Shown here: piece by piece, positions 15,499 through 26,300 of the stretch
How positions within the stretch are numbered: the first letter of the stretch is position 1
How the letters are laid out: every line of letters starts with the position of its first letter
From: a virus
Lineage: Duplodnaviria; Caudoviricetes
Direction: 5' to 3' (one strand)
Length of the DNA: 33,210 nucleotides
Virus record (IMG/VR): IMGVR_UViG_3300031922_000057
Span: 1 to 33,210 of that record
Translations under genes and position numbers: made by a program
Notes under the pieces: generated by a model
What the model was told of the DNA's origin: nothing
The model's input: the letters and a program-made list of their open reading frames with translations, nothing else
Databases searched by the model: none

Positions 15499-16635
15499 AT
15501 GAAACGCAAGTGGCTAAAACTCGCAATCGGAGAAATGAATGAGGCGGTCGGCGAGGCTGCATCCATTCATGCCATTATCACCGGATCGATAAAGCCGGAG
15601 GACATTCCTCTCGCGGCCAAAGTTGATGTAAATGTTTTGAAATCAGGAGACGCAGAGCCTATGGAGGTGGTCGTAGAAATACCTGCGGGAAAATCTAAGC
15701 GCGGCTGGAATTATAAGCCTGCAGCATTGCAAAAAATCGTCGGCGAGGTAATGACTCAGGGGTTGCCCGGATTTTTGGGACATCAAAAGGCAGAGGATGT
15801 GGATACACAGTTTCCGCAGCCTGTAACTCATTGGGTTGGAGGAATGTGGAAGGATGGGAAAGCGTACTTCAGAGGGGTTGTTGATAAATCGGCACCTGAT
15901 TTAAAACGATGGATTAAAGCGAAGGTCATTGATACAGTAAGCATTTTTGGAATTCCACGACTCCAGCAAAACGCAGGAGAAACCGAAGTCGTGGACTATA
16001 AGGCACTGAGTATCGATTGGACTCCGCTTGGACGAGCTGGAATGTCTACACGTGTTGTGTCCATCGGTGAGATGGATGAAATTTTAGGAGGTGGAGAAAT
16101 CGTTATGACATGGAAAGAAATCGTTTCAAAACTGAACGCCATGAGGACGAACAAGGAAGTCACCGTGGCGCAAATCATGGGAGAAATGGGGTTGACTGCA
16201 GAACAGGCAGCAGGCGAAATGGATTCGAAATGGCTGGATGAGGTAAAAAAGAATATCGGGATATTGGTCAAGCTCAAAGAGATATTAGCAGTAACGGGTG
16301 AAATGGATGTACTTGTTTTGGCGAAAGAAGCACAGGAGGCGCTTGATGAAAAGCGCAAAGCTACACATAGCAAGGTGGTAGATGAGGCTATCGGAGAAAA
16401 GGTCAACGGAGAGATGGCAAAAGATCTAATTAAAAAGATACTGAGTGTGAGCGTACCCGCCAATGCTACAAAAGAGCAGGTTATAGGTGAAATCGAAAAG
16501 CTTTTAGGTGATGCAAAATTCAAAGAAACCATCAGCAAACTGCATACGGACAAGTATCCATACGTTTATGGAACAAAAAAATCCGAAGCAGATGGACAAA
16601 ACAACATGATTTACACCAAGAGGGTGAGTATATGA
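15499..16635 (+). CDS. Prohead protease/scaffold protein
   Basis: Position before the capsid gene; GFLGHQ, TVSIFG and LSIDWTP protease-like motifs; helical C-terminal half. Confidence 0.7.
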   Translation: MKRKWLKLAIGEMNEAVGEAASIHAIITGSIKPEDIPLAAKVDVNVLKSGDAEPMEVVVEIPAGKSKRGWNYKPAALQKIVGEVMTQGLPGFLGHQKAEDVDTQFPQPVTHWVGGMWKDGKAYFRGVVDKSAPDLKRWIKAKVIDTVSIFGIPRLQQNAGETEVVDYKALSIDWTPLGRAGMSTRVVSIGEMDEILGGGEIVMTWKEIVSKLNAMRTNKEVTVAQIMGEMGLTAEQAAGEMDSKWLDEVKKNIGILVKLKEILAVTGEMDVLVLAKEAQEALDEKRKATHSKVVDEAIGEKVNGEMAKDLIKKILSVSVPANATKEQVIGEIEKLLGDAKFKETISKLHTDKYPYVYGTKKSEADGQNNMIYTKRVSI

Positions 16636-16820
16636 GCTCTATAGTCAGATTTAATCCAAAATCACAGGTGTATGTAGGAAATGGCCGTGATGGCAGATTC
16701 GAGCCAAGGGATAACTTTCGACAAGGAATAATCAGTTATCAGAACGAAAAACTCTCAGGGTTGCAGGTGATTTCACAGTCACCGCTCAAACCGGCAGTAT
16801 GTATCAAAATCATTGAATGA
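16632..16820 (+). CDS. Small hypothetical protein (62 aa)
   Basis: ATGA overlap and GAGGGTG RBS; fills the gap exactly. Confidence 0.5.
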   Translation: MSSIVRFNPKSQVYVGNGRDGRFEPRDNFRQGIISYQNEKLSGLQVISQSPLKPAVCIKIIE

Positions 16821-16833
16821 GGAGGAAATTATC

Positions 16834-17217
16834 ATGGGAAGAAAAATTGGAGGAGCATCTTCCGTAAAGGTGACAGTTCCTGTTAATACATTAATTGAGC
16901 AAGGTAAATTCTATTTGCTCAATGGTTTTATTGGCATGGCTGTTATGTCTGTAACAGCAGACGCAAGCACCACTGCTGAAGTTGTACTTAATATTGAGCA
17001 GGCGCTGTACGAAACAAGTCAAATTATGGTAGCCAATGCGTTTAACAAAGGCGACAAAATTTACTGGGATGATGCGACCGATCTATTCACCACTTCAGCT
17101 AATCCAGATCCAAACGGCAATCCGCAAAACAGGCTTGTCGGCAGGGTAACGGTAGCTAAAGACGCAAATAATGTAATCTGGTTTATACTTGGGCCTCAGG
17201 TCCAAGTATATGCATAA
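16834..17217 (+). CDS. Capsid decoration protein (DUF2190-like)
   Basis: FNKGDKIYWD...LVGRV..AKD motif; GAGGAGG RBS before ATG 16834. Confidence 0.75.
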   Translation: MGRKIGGASSVKVTVPVNTLIEQGKFYLLNGFIGMAVMSVTADASTTAEVVLNIEQALYETSQIMVANAFNKGDKIYWDDATDLFTTSANPDPNGNPQNRLVGRVTVAKDANNVIWFILGPQVQVYA

Positions 17218-17234
17218 TGGAGGTGTAGCATAAT

Positions 17235-18278
17235 ATGAAAATTTTTAGCATTGACTCATTAAAAGCAGCAAGACGCATTGCAAGTATTGAAGAGTATGTA
17301 CCGTATATTTTAAACGGTGAATTAAAGGCCATTAGTAAAAAACTAATCAATGGCGAAATGGAAATCATGGAGTTTAAGGTATCTATTGGTGAAATGCTTA
17401 CAACGGCAGCAGGACTTGAAAACATCATTCAGAAGACGGTCATTGACCTTGAACTTGGCAAAGAGGCGGTACCTCTTTTGTACGCACCCATCTATCGCAG
17501 GATTGAGGATGCGAAATTTACCGAGCATGTTGATGCGTCAGCGTTTATTAATGCTCAGGTGGTATTCCTGGAGCACATGGAGCTTGAGGAAGTGAAGTTT
17601 GGAAGTAGGAAAATCGGAGCCAAGGATACAGTTCCCATCATCACCTATTCCACTGGACTTGAATGGACAGAGGACATGGTGGAATATGACAAGACTTGGG
17701 AAATGGCAGAGGCAAACAGAGCTATCGGAGAAGCATATAATGCTCTGCTAAACCACATACATTTGTATCCTATCGTTAACTTCAACTACCATGCAAAAAA
17801 CAAGACGGCAGCCTCTTCGATAACTGGGGATATGTTAGTGAGGATGAGGAATACAATCAAGCAAGGGCTTAAGGATGCTGCCGAGGATAAGAATACTGAT
17901 ACTAAATCTCCGCGCCGTCCAAATATCCTTCTTGCACACTCAAGTCGGCGCTGGGACATTGAAGAATGCCTGCAGCGTATGCAGATTGGAGGTACGGTTT
18001 ATCCGGCGATTAGCCAGATAAATACAATCATCTATTACGACGGCTGGAGTACGGTTGTAGGAGAAAAAATATACTCGTATTCTGGTGTGAGTGCGGACAA
18101 GGTATACCTCATTGAAGGACAGAAGTACTTCAGGGAGCTGGTAAAGCATGATTTACGTATTGATGCCACTGGCGGAGATTTGAAGAAGCTCATCGAAAAT
18201 GCGGTTGTCGGGAGGGCAAGACGCGGCGTTCTGGCATCCCCTGCCAATGCGGTTCAAGAATTGACTTTGCCTGAATAA
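17235..18278 (+). CDS. Major capsid protein
   Basis: 347 aa after the protease and decoration genes; GGAGG RBS. Confidence 0.75.
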   Translation: MKIFSIDSLKAARRIASIEEYVPYILNGELKAISKKLINGEMEIMEFKVSIGEMLTTAAGLENIIQKTVIDLELGKEAVPLLYAPIYRRIEDAKFTEHVDASAFINAQVVFLEHMELEEVKFGSRKIGAKDTVPIITYSTGLEWTEDMVEYDKTWEMAEANRAIGEAYNALLNHIHLYPIVNFNYHAKNKTAASSITGDMLVRMRNTIKQGLKDAAEDKNTDTKSPRRPNILLAHSSRRWDIEECLQRMQIGGTVYPAISQINTIIYYDGWSTVVGEKIYSYSGVSADKVYLIEGQKYFRELVKHDLRIDATGGDLKKLIENAVVGRARRGVLASPANAVQELTLPE

Positions 18279-18292
18279 GGAAGGTGAAGTTA

Positions 18293-18529
18293 ATGAATAA
18301 ATGTATTAACTGTGCCTGGTTTCCGTGGAAGCCGGGCACAGATTTTAGTATGCTTTCGCTAGTCAAATGCTATCCTGGAGTAAAGGGAAAACGGTGGACA
18401 AACGAATCGGCAGATACGGAAAACCAGTGTCCACATTTTAAGGCGGTGAATGATGATGATTCCAACTCAGCAGCTGCGGGAAAAGCTGCGGAAGCTCCTA
18501 AACGAAGTCATACCGGAAGGAAAAAGTGA
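18293..18529 (+). CDS. Small Cys-rich protein
   Basis: CINC...C...CPHF; AAGGTG RBS; overlaps the next gene. Confidence 0.55.
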   Translation: MNKCINCAWFPWKPGTDFSMLSLVKCYPGVKGKRWTNESADTENQCPHFKAVNDDDSNSAAAGKAAEAPKRSHTGRKK

Positions 18530-18818
18530 TACCGATACCAGATTTACGGATGTGGAGCTTAATGGGCTTCTTGCCGAGTCGACAAATGTCTATGCATCTG
18601 CCTCTATCGGATGGACAATGAAAGCCGGACTTCTGCAGGGACAAATTGAGAGTTATTCTGCAGGACAGGAAAAGTATGACTTAACCTCTTTAAAAGATCA
18701 GCTCTCGCATGCTCTTGTAATGGCAGAGCAATACGCCAAAATGTCAGAAAAGCTACCCGGTGTTTCAAAGATTGAGGGAGGCATAATCCTGAAAATAACT
18801 CCACCGGAGGTATTATGA
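18450..18818 (+). CDS. Putative head-tail adaptor
   Basis: Position; LRKLLNE...RFTDVEL..LL pattern. Confidence 0.65.
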   Translation: MMMIPTQQLREKLRKLLNEVIPEGKSDTDTRFTDVELNGLLAESTNVYASASIGWTMKAGLLQGQIESYSAGQEKYDLTSLKDQLSHALVMAEQYAKMSEKLPGVSKIEGGIILKITPPEVL

Positions 18819-19213
18819 TGGACGATGTAACTGTTTATGTAACTTTGCGCAGGGAAAACACGCTCTGGTCGATTAGGCAAAATCCTACCGAGATAACAAT
18901 AAAAAGGATACAAAAAACAGAAAAAGAGGGCTACTTCGAGGAAAACATTACGTTGGCAGGCCCGTTTATTGTACGAATATTCAAAAAGGGGTTGGGACAA
19001 CCCAGAGGTACAAGTAATTTAGGTGGTACTTTTACCGCAGATTCCGGCTGGGGATTAATCGCAGACTGGCAGACGGATATAAGAGCAGAAACCAATGTAA
19101 GAGACACTTTCGAAGTGCCGAGGCTTGGTTCTTTTAGTGTTATATCTGTTGTACCGCAGAGACTTGACGGACAGGTAGTCGCATATCAGGCTGATTTGGA
19201 GTTGGTGAGTTAA
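18815..19213 (+). CDS. Putative head-closure protein
   Basis: Position; beta-rich 132 aa; GGAGG RBS. Confidence 0.6.
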   Translation: MMDDVTVYVTLRRENTLWSIRQNPTEITIKRIQKTEKEGYFEENITLAGPFIVRIFKKGLGQPRGTSNLGGTFTADSGWGLIADWQTDIRAETNVRDTFEVPRLGSFSVISVVPQRLDGQVVAYQADLELVS

Positions 19214-19629
19214 TGCATGAAATTGAACGGTTGATGCAAGAACAGGTTAAAAGACAGGTTGCCGCACTCCAAATACTACTAACCAGTTATGCGTCGAAAA
19301 TGGAGCGATGGGCAAAGGAAAACAGGCCATGGAAAGATCGAACCGGCCATGCAAAGCAAGGAATCCAAGGCGGATTAGATATTGAGCCGGATAATCTTTT
19401 TATACTGTATCTGGCTCATACAATGCATTACGGCGAGTATCTTGAGACCGGCACCGGTATTCATGGGCCAAAAAAAAGACCTATAGAGCCGGTAAATAAA
19501 AAGGCTTTATATTGGCCGGGTCTTCCCCATCCTGTCAAACAATCCAAGGGCATGAAACCGCAGCCGATTCTAAGGCCTACAGTGGAAAAATTTATACCCT
19601 TGATCATGAGGGATATTAAAAAACTCTGA
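19213..19629 (+). CDS. HK97 gp10-like neck protein
   Basis: PWKDRTGHA, YGEYLETGT and GMKPQPILRP motifs. Confidence 0.8.
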   Translation: MHEIERLMQEQVKRQVAALQILLTSYASKMERWAKENRPWKDRTGHAKQGIQGGLDIEPDNLFILYLAHTMHYGEYLETGTGIHGPKKRPIEPVNKKALYWPGLPHPVKQSKGMKPQPILRPTVEKFIPLIMRDIKKL

Positions 19630-19640
19630 GGAGGCGTATA

Positions 19641-20471
19641 ATGAGAAAAGAAATAAGAGATAAGCTTATCAATGACATCCCTCAAATCGGAGGCAGAGTT
19701 TATGAGCCGCATGCGGCAGGTGTCAAAACTCTCAAGCCGTATTTAATTATCCGTCAAGGCAATGATGATTACGGCGCATGGCTGGGAAATCAGAATGTTA
19801 TTGAAGTGTGGCCATATGTTGCGAGAACCACATTTCGGGAAGTTGATAGTCTGGCTAAATCGGTCATAGAATCATTGGATAAGAGGCTGATACTTACCGA
19901 CGAGTCAGGTGAGGTGTTCACATGTATTTATACAGGTTCACCTGATGAAGACACAGTGGATGATGATTGGGACGCATGCACAAGACTATTGCAGTTCGTA
20001 GTACTCTCATTTCCGTCACATGAAACTACTGAGCCTGATCCTGTGGCGGCATTAAATAGCTGGATGTCGGTAAAGTTTTCGTCGTTACAATTAGATTCAA
20101 ACAGGTGGGTCATAAATGATGATGCTCCTGCGGTTTACTGGAGGCTGCTAGGTTTTAGTGCAACGGAATATTGGAATACAGTAACATGGGTGGAAGCTAC
20201 TCTGATGGGGCATGTGCTTGCGCCGTCACCAATTGGCAGATTGAAGTGGGTAAAAAAAATAGCTGAAACAATAGCATTGACAGAATGTATATATTTGGCC
20301 GATGGTTCTCCGCTGTTCTGTAAATCGGTAGCGGCAGATAGTCAGGCTGACCATATTAAACGAGGACAAATCAAATTGACAGTGAAATATGGTTTGGTGC
20401 CGGAAGCGGAAATCAGTGAAAAATTAAATCACATCTATCATGCGGGAATTATTCCTGGAAAAGGAGGTTAG
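19641..20471 (+). CDS. Putative tail-completion/terminator protein
   Basis: Position before the sheath gene; GAGGAGG RBS. Confidence 0.6.
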   Translation: MRKEIRDKLINDIPQIGGRVYEPHAAGVKTLKPYLIIRQGNDDYGAWLGNQNVIEVWPYVARTTFREVDSLAKSVIESLDKRLILTDESGEVFTCIYTGSPDEDTVDDDWDACTRLLQFVVLSFPSHETTEPDPVAALNSWMSVKFSSLQLDSNRWVINDDAPAVYWRLLGFSATEYWNTVTWVEATLMGHVLAPSPIGRLKWVKKIAETIALTECIYLADGSPLFCKSVAADSQADHIKRGQIKLTVKYGLVPEAEISEKLNHIYHAGIIPGKGG

Positions 20472-20475
20472 TACA

Positions 20476-20679
20476 TTGAAGAAAGAAAAGGAAATCGGCA
20501 AGGTTGACCAAGAAAGCAAATACCTTTTAGAGGAGCTTGTCAGAGGTGCATCGAGTGTGTTCGGCATAAGCTCGAACATTATGAGGGCAGCATTGGTGCA
20601 CGGTGGCAAGACCGAATACACTAAAACTGAAGCCAAAGCCCTCGCAGAGAAATTTGCAAAAAAGGAGGTTAAAATTTAA
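20476..20679 (+). CDS. Small pre-sheath protein
   Basis: AAGGAGG RBS then TTG 20476; TAATG overlap with the sheath gene. Confidence 0.65.
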   Translation: MKKEKEIGKVDQESKYLLEELVRGASSVFGISSNIMRAALVHGGKTEYTKTEAKALAEKFAKKEVKI

Positions 20680-22100
20680 TGGGAGCGTTCTATAAATTGG
20701 GACAGCAGATGATCAGGCCAGGCATCTTTTTTCGCATATCAAACGCCGGAGGTGCCAGTGTGCCTGGAGCAGAACTAGGAAAGTGTGCCGCAGTATTTAG
20801 AAGCAATTGGGGGCCGCTAGGTGCAGTTGTTTACTGTTCGGAAAAGACACAGGTTGAACAACAATATGGGGAGTACAATGGCGCTACAAATTTAAGCGAT
20901 GTAGCAGTGCAGCAGCTTAAAAACGTCACTGAAACAGCTTGCATAAGACTGGGAACAGGAGGCACCAGTGCAACTCTGATTATTAAGGACGGCTCTGTGG
21001 CACCGGGAGTCGATGTGGGTACACTTCGCTTGAAATACCCCGGTACACGTCAAATCACGGTTAGCATTCAGGTAAATCTTTACGATAGTCAGTTGATGGA
21101 CATCATTGCACATGAAGGCACACGGGAGCTCGAAAGACTCACCTTCCCCATTGCTGCTAATGTGGTGGATAATTTACGCGACACAGTAAGCGGTAAATCT
21201 GAGTATTTTGAGTTCACAAAGATAGTAAACGGAAACGGGACATTGAGGATTATTGCTCAAATCGCATTGACGGGAGGAACAGATCCGATACTTACCAGTC
21301 TTGATTATGACAATGCGTTGAATGTGCTGGAACCTTATGAATGGGACGTACTGGCTATTGATAGCGAGGATGCCACCATCTTTACGCTTGTGCAAAGCTA
21401 CATCAACAATATATTTCGGCGGGGAAAGCTGGCCAGGGCTGTTGTCGGTCAAGGCAACTCAGTAGTTTATGCGACACGGCTTACGAACCTGAGAGCTTTA
21501 AATGATTTTCTAATGCATTATTGCATCAATGGTTTCATTGAAAACGGTGAGAGCATTCAGGGCTATCGTGCTGCAGCCAGAATATCCGGGCTGGTAGCAT
21601 CTGTTACCGCTCCGCAGAGTCTTGCGCACTATGTTATCAGAGGCGCTACCGGACTTACTGAAAATCTGGAGAATAAAGCAAATGAAATCATATCTGCCGG
21701 TGGACTCGTATTTACAATGAGTTCCAAGAAACAGGTATGGATTGAGTCTGGTGTCAATGCCCTGGTGCTTCCAGATGCAGGCTTTGATGAAGGCTGGAAA
21801 AAAATACGCAGGGTGACTACCCGATTTGAAGTCATGAAGCGTATCAATGCTGCTACAGAAGGACTTATCGGCAGAGTCAATAACGACAAAAATGGAAGAG
21901 CTACTGTTAGAATGGCAGCGCAGGGCGTAATCAATTCAATGATCAATGAAGAAAAGCTCTTGGAAGGCGCACAGATAATTGAAAATCCTGAGTTCCCGGC
22001 ACAGGGAGACAGTATGTGGTTCAAATTTATCGGAGATGATCCGGACAGTGGTGAGAAGTTCTACTTTGACTTCATGTTCCGGTTTGCGCCGATACAATAA
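20679..22100 (+). CDS. Tail sheath protein (XkdK-like)
   Basis: RPGIFF, NWGP, LTGGTD, WKKIRRV and NNDKNGR sheath motifs. Confidence 0.92.
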   Translation: MGAFYKLGQQMIRPGIFFRISNAGGASVPGAELGKCAAVFRSNWGPLGAVVYCSEKTQVEQQYGEYNGATNLSDVAVQQLKNVTETACIRLGTGGTSATLIIKDGSVAPGVDVGTLRLKYPGTRQITVSIQVNLYDSQLMDIIAHEGTRELERLTFPIAANVVDNLRDTVSGKSEYFEFTKIVNGNGTLRIIAQIALTGGTDPILTSLDYDNALNVLEPYEWDVLAIDSEDATIFTLVQSYINNIFRRGKLARAVVGQGNSVVYATRLTNLRALNDFLMHYCINGFIENGESIQGYRAAARISGLVASVTAPQSLAHYVIRGATGLTENLENKANEIISAGGLVFTMSSKKQVWIESGVNALVLPDAGFDEGWKKIRRVTTRFEVMKRINAATEGLIGRVNNDKNGRATVRMAAQGVINSMINEEKLLEGAQIIENPEFPAQGDSMWFKFIGDDPDSGEKFYFDFMFRFAPIQ

Positions 22101-22114
22101 GGAGGTAACGTAAT

Positions 22115-22552
22115 ATGCTTGATTACAGGAAAATCTTAAACGGAAGGCGCGGAAAACTCTACGATGATGAAGGAAGGTTACTTGCCATGATCAACACATG
22201 GCATGCTCAGGTCAACATAGCAAACACAGACTATAGGCCTGCAGGAGAAGCATTAGCGGTTGCGATTTTTGACTCGTACACCGTAACGTTGACCTTTACA
22301 GAGACAGTTATTGAGGATGAAACGTTCCTTGAGCAGTTCGTAGCTGCCCTTCGCAAAAAAGAGCAATTCGTAATGAATTTTATGGGTGTGATAGAAGGAC
22401 ACGGTAATGGTGAGAGCAGGCTAATATTCCGAAACTGTACTACTGATGCCGCAATTGATCTTGCAAACATTCAGGTTGGCGATATTATTAATCGGGCCTG
22501 GAGTTGGAGGGTTAACTCACCGCCGGAATTGCAGGAATTGCTTTCGGCATAA
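22115..22552 (+). CDS. Tail tube protein (XkdM-like)
   Basis: 145 aa after the sheath gene; ILNGRRGKLY N-terminus. Confidence 0.85.
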   Translation: MLDYRKILNGRRGKLYDDEGRLLAMINTWHAQVNIANTDYRPAGEALAVAIFDSYTVTLTFTETVIEDETFLEQFVAALRKKEQFVMNFMGVIEGHGNGESRLIFRNCTTDAAIDLANIQVGDIINRAWSWRVNSPPELQELLSA

Positions 22553-22585
22553 AAATTACTGCCACAAATTATGGGAGGAATACAA

Positions 22586-23110
22586 ATGGATGTAAAAGAA
22601 CGCAAAATATTCGTTGGCACTGCACCAGATAGAGGTAAACTGGAGGAAAATGAAGAGCAAATTACGCAAGAAGAACTCTTAATGAGTGAAAATGAAATCT
22701 TGCAGGCCATGATAGAAACTGCTGAAGAGAAAGAACAGAATTATAAACAAGTCCAAATTATCCGCGAAAAGGCAGTTAGACTCACCTTTCGAGTCAGAGG
22801 TCTAAGCGAGGATGAAATTCAAACCTGCAGGAAGAAAGCGGTAACAAAGCGCGGCAAAAAATATGGTGTCAGCATGGCTGAGGAAATTGACGGAGTACTC
22901 TTTCGAAATCTGATTATTTACACGGCTACTCATGAAGATGATCGTAAAAAGTTGTGGGATAACAAGGCTTTCTGGAAGAAATACAACCTAGTAACCGGCA
23001 CTGAAACTATCGACAAAATAATGCTTGGCGGCGAAAAAGAACGTGTCACGGATTTGATTGATTCATTGAGTGGTTATGACCTTGAGCTCGACGACATAAT
23101 AAAAAACTAA
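22586..23110 (+). CDS. Tail assembly chaperone (XkdN-like)
   Basis: FRVRGLSEDE...C.KKA and LGGEK...I..LSGY motifs; ends IKN* on a slippery sequence. Confidence 0.85.
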   Translation: MDVKERKIFVGTAPDRGKLEENEEQITQEELLMSENEILQAMIETAEEKEQNYKQVQIIREKAVRLTFRVRGLSEDEIQTCRKKAVTKRGKKYGVSMAEEIDGVLFRNLIIYTATHEDDRKKLWDNKAFWKKYNLVTGTETIDKIMLGGEKERVTDLIDSLSGYDLELDDIIKN

Positions 23111-23313
23111 TTGGTGCCGGGGGGAAATTCACTCTGCTGGACGAAATATTTTGGGAAACGGGCAGAACGCCGGATGAAATCATGGCAAAACCATACTATA
23201 TCCAGAGGTTCTGCCTTAACTCTGCCGAGCGTAGATTAATCCTTAAGGACAAGCAGAGTGAGGCGACGGCAAACGAGAAGCAATTAAATCGAATGATACT
23301 GCCAGGAAGGTGA
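23101..23313 (+). CDS. -1 frameshift extension of the tail chaperone (G-T type), not in ORF track
   Basis: A AAA AAC heptamer at 23101-23107; -1 frame is open (KLIGAGGKFTLLDEIFWETGRTPDEI...) to TGA 23311-23313. Confidence 0.85.
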   Translation, partial: KKLIGAGGKFTLLDEIFWETGRTPDEIMAKPYYIQRFCLNSAERRLILKDKQSEATANEKQLNRMILPGR

Positions 23314-26300
23314 TGATAATGACAGAAGAAGTGTATCGCATAGAGGTTCCCATACATGCATCAGACAACACTGAACCGGCAATTAGTACCGCTAGTAAAA
23401 AGGTTTATGGCTTCGAGAAGGCTATGTGGAAGATGGAGCAAAGGATGAACCAGGTACGACGCTCTAGGCTTGAGATCGTAGCAAGTGCTATAGACAGGGC
23501 TACCAAGGTTATAGCTCTTATCGGAGCAAAGGCAAGGTCGATTGCCGGTAAGACGTATAATATCGCCATTGGAGTAAAAGACATGGTCACAAGGCCATTG
23601 AAATCAATTACGGGATTTGTGACATCCACCATTGGAATGTTGACGGCGGGAGCTGGTATCGCTGGAGGTATTGTAATCCCAATGCGGATATCAGGTGATT
23701 TTGAGCAAACGCAGATTGCGTTTGAAACAATGCTCTCGTCAGGTGAAAGAGCTAGCAGGTTTTTGTCTGAGGCCGAAGACTTTGCAAATAAGACGCCATT
23801 TGAGTTTCCGGAGTTGCTTCAGAGTGCACGGCTTATGAAGGCATTTGGATTTGAGATAGAAAGTGTTTTGCCCATGATGACCGTGATCGGCGACACGGCG
23901 TCTGGTCTTGGAGCAGGGACTGTGGGCATAGAACGAATAACCCGTGCGCTTGGACAAATGAAAACTAAAGGACGGCTTCAAACCGAAGAGCTTCTTCAGC
24001 TGCAGGAGCTTGGAGTACCCGCTGCGGAAATTCTTCAAAAAGAATTAGGCTTAACAGCTGAACAGGTAGGAAATATCGGCAGAGAAGGTATGGAAGCAGG
24101 CAAAGGAATTGATGCGCTTCTCCGAGGTATGGAGAGACGCTTTGGCGGCATGATGGCAAAACAGAGCACATCCGCCATAGGTCTGATCTCCACTATTAAG
24201 GATACGATTCAAAATAAGCTGCTGCGGCGTTGGGGCGAAGGATTATGGAAAGGCATTAAGCCGCAGCTTGGGCGAATTGTGGATTGGATTGATAGGAACA
24301 AAGAACAAATCAGACGCTGGGGAGATGAATTCAAAAAAGCCGGTGCAAACATTAGTGTATGGGTTACGTCTAGTCTTGAGCAGGTTGGGAAAAAAGTTTC
24401 AAGCTTGGTTAACAGTCTGGACTGGAAAAACGCAATAACTCTTGGTGAAAAAATGCAGTTGGCTTGGGACAAAATCATAGCGGAACCGTTTAATGATTGG
24501 TGGAACGGAAAAGGGAAAGTATGGTTGAGTGAAAAAGCTCACAGTATGGGCGAAGGGATAGGCTCGGTATTAAAGATCGGAATCCTAGGACTTCTTGGAG
24601 TTAACGCTAAATCAGCCGTTGAGGAAGGAGCCAATATTGGCTCCTCTTTTGCGGAAGGATTTGTTGAGGGGTTTGACGGTAAACGAGTCAAAGAAGCTAT
24701 TATGAATGCATTAAAAGGTATAGCAAAAGATGCGGCAACCTTGTTGCCGGGCGGTGAAAGTACATCCACGACGGGAGGGCTTTCAGCACTTCTGCTTAGT
24801 GGTGCGTTTTTAAAACTTGGAGGAGGAAAGCTTCTTGGCGGCATTGGCAAACTTGGAGGGAAATTGACTACTGCGGGTGCGGGAATAGAGACAGGGACAG
24901 CTGCAGTTACTGGCATGGGAGCTGCCGGGACAAGCATAGGAGCTGCTGCGGTCACAACAGGAAAGATAGCTACTGTAGGGCTAGCGACACCTGTCGGCTG
25001 GGCTGCCAGTGCATTAGGAGCCTATTCTGCAATCAACGACTTTATACATGCAGCGGATACTAAGAATGTTAAGGAAAACAGGGATGCCGTTGCAAGCGGG
25101 ATTTCTAAAACTGCCATGATGGCGTTAGGTGGCGCAATCGGTACTGCAATACTGCCAGGGTTGGGTACAGCTATCGGAGTCGGCATAGGGGGTATTGGTG
25201 CTCTACTATATGGTGGAAGTCTAGGAAAAACAATATCGGGTTGGATTGATGGCAGCGGAAAAATTGAAAAGACTGCAAATGATTTACGCTCTGCTGCTTA
25301 TGAATACCAGAACATGGCTGACAAAGCAGGCAGCACGAGAATTCTTACTAGGGAATATGAACGACTTAGTAAAATGATCAGTGAAGGTAAAGGCACATCC
25401 GAGGAAATGCTTGAAGCAAAAAGCCAGCTACAAAGGGTAATAGAAAGTTTGTCGGCAATATACCCGGGGCTTATAACTCAATATGACATTGAAAATGGGA
25501 AGCTTAGGGAAAAGCTAGGATTACTCAATGACATCACAGAGGCAGACAAAAAATCCGCAAAGTTGAAGCTGGAACAGGAAGTTGCTTTAGGTGAAAAAAA
25601 TTTTTCTAAAATTGAAGAACGGTTCAAGGCTTCAACAGATAGGACAGACGCACTCTACGAAGAAAAAAATGCACTGGAAAAGGCAATATCACAATTTAAA
25701 ACATATGAGCTTGAAATGATGAAGTTAATCCAAGCCAGAGATGAAGATGGATATGATTGGGGAAAAGATTCAAAAAGAGTTAACTCTTTAGTTGATAGGA
25801 TCAATAAGGTGGCACGGACAGTCGGGTATGATTTCAGCGGCAGCGGTTTGACCGGGTTTGCATTTGCAATGCAAGATAGGACATTTGAGGAAGAACGAAG
25901 AAAAATTATTGATGCACTTATACAAGAAGATGAACAGCTTACACAACTAAGAGATCAATACAGCAGCTTGTACGAAGCACAAAAAAAGCTCATTGAATTC
26001 GACCTTGGAGCTACACTCGAAGATCAGGCGAAAAAATACCATCTATTGACTGAAGCGGAACAAGGACGATTCCTTGATGCCATTGCAAAAGTGTCCGAAC
26101 TGGAATGTAAAATGAATGAACTTCCTACTGATAAGAAAATCAATATTAATGTGCTTGCCAGATACATGAGTGAAAGTAATCCGAAAAGGAACGATCACGA
26201 AGACTATTATCCGCATACATGGAATACATGGAGTTATCCTCACGCCTATGGCGGCATCATGACAAAGCCTCATGTAGGATTAGTTGCTGAAGCCGGGCCT

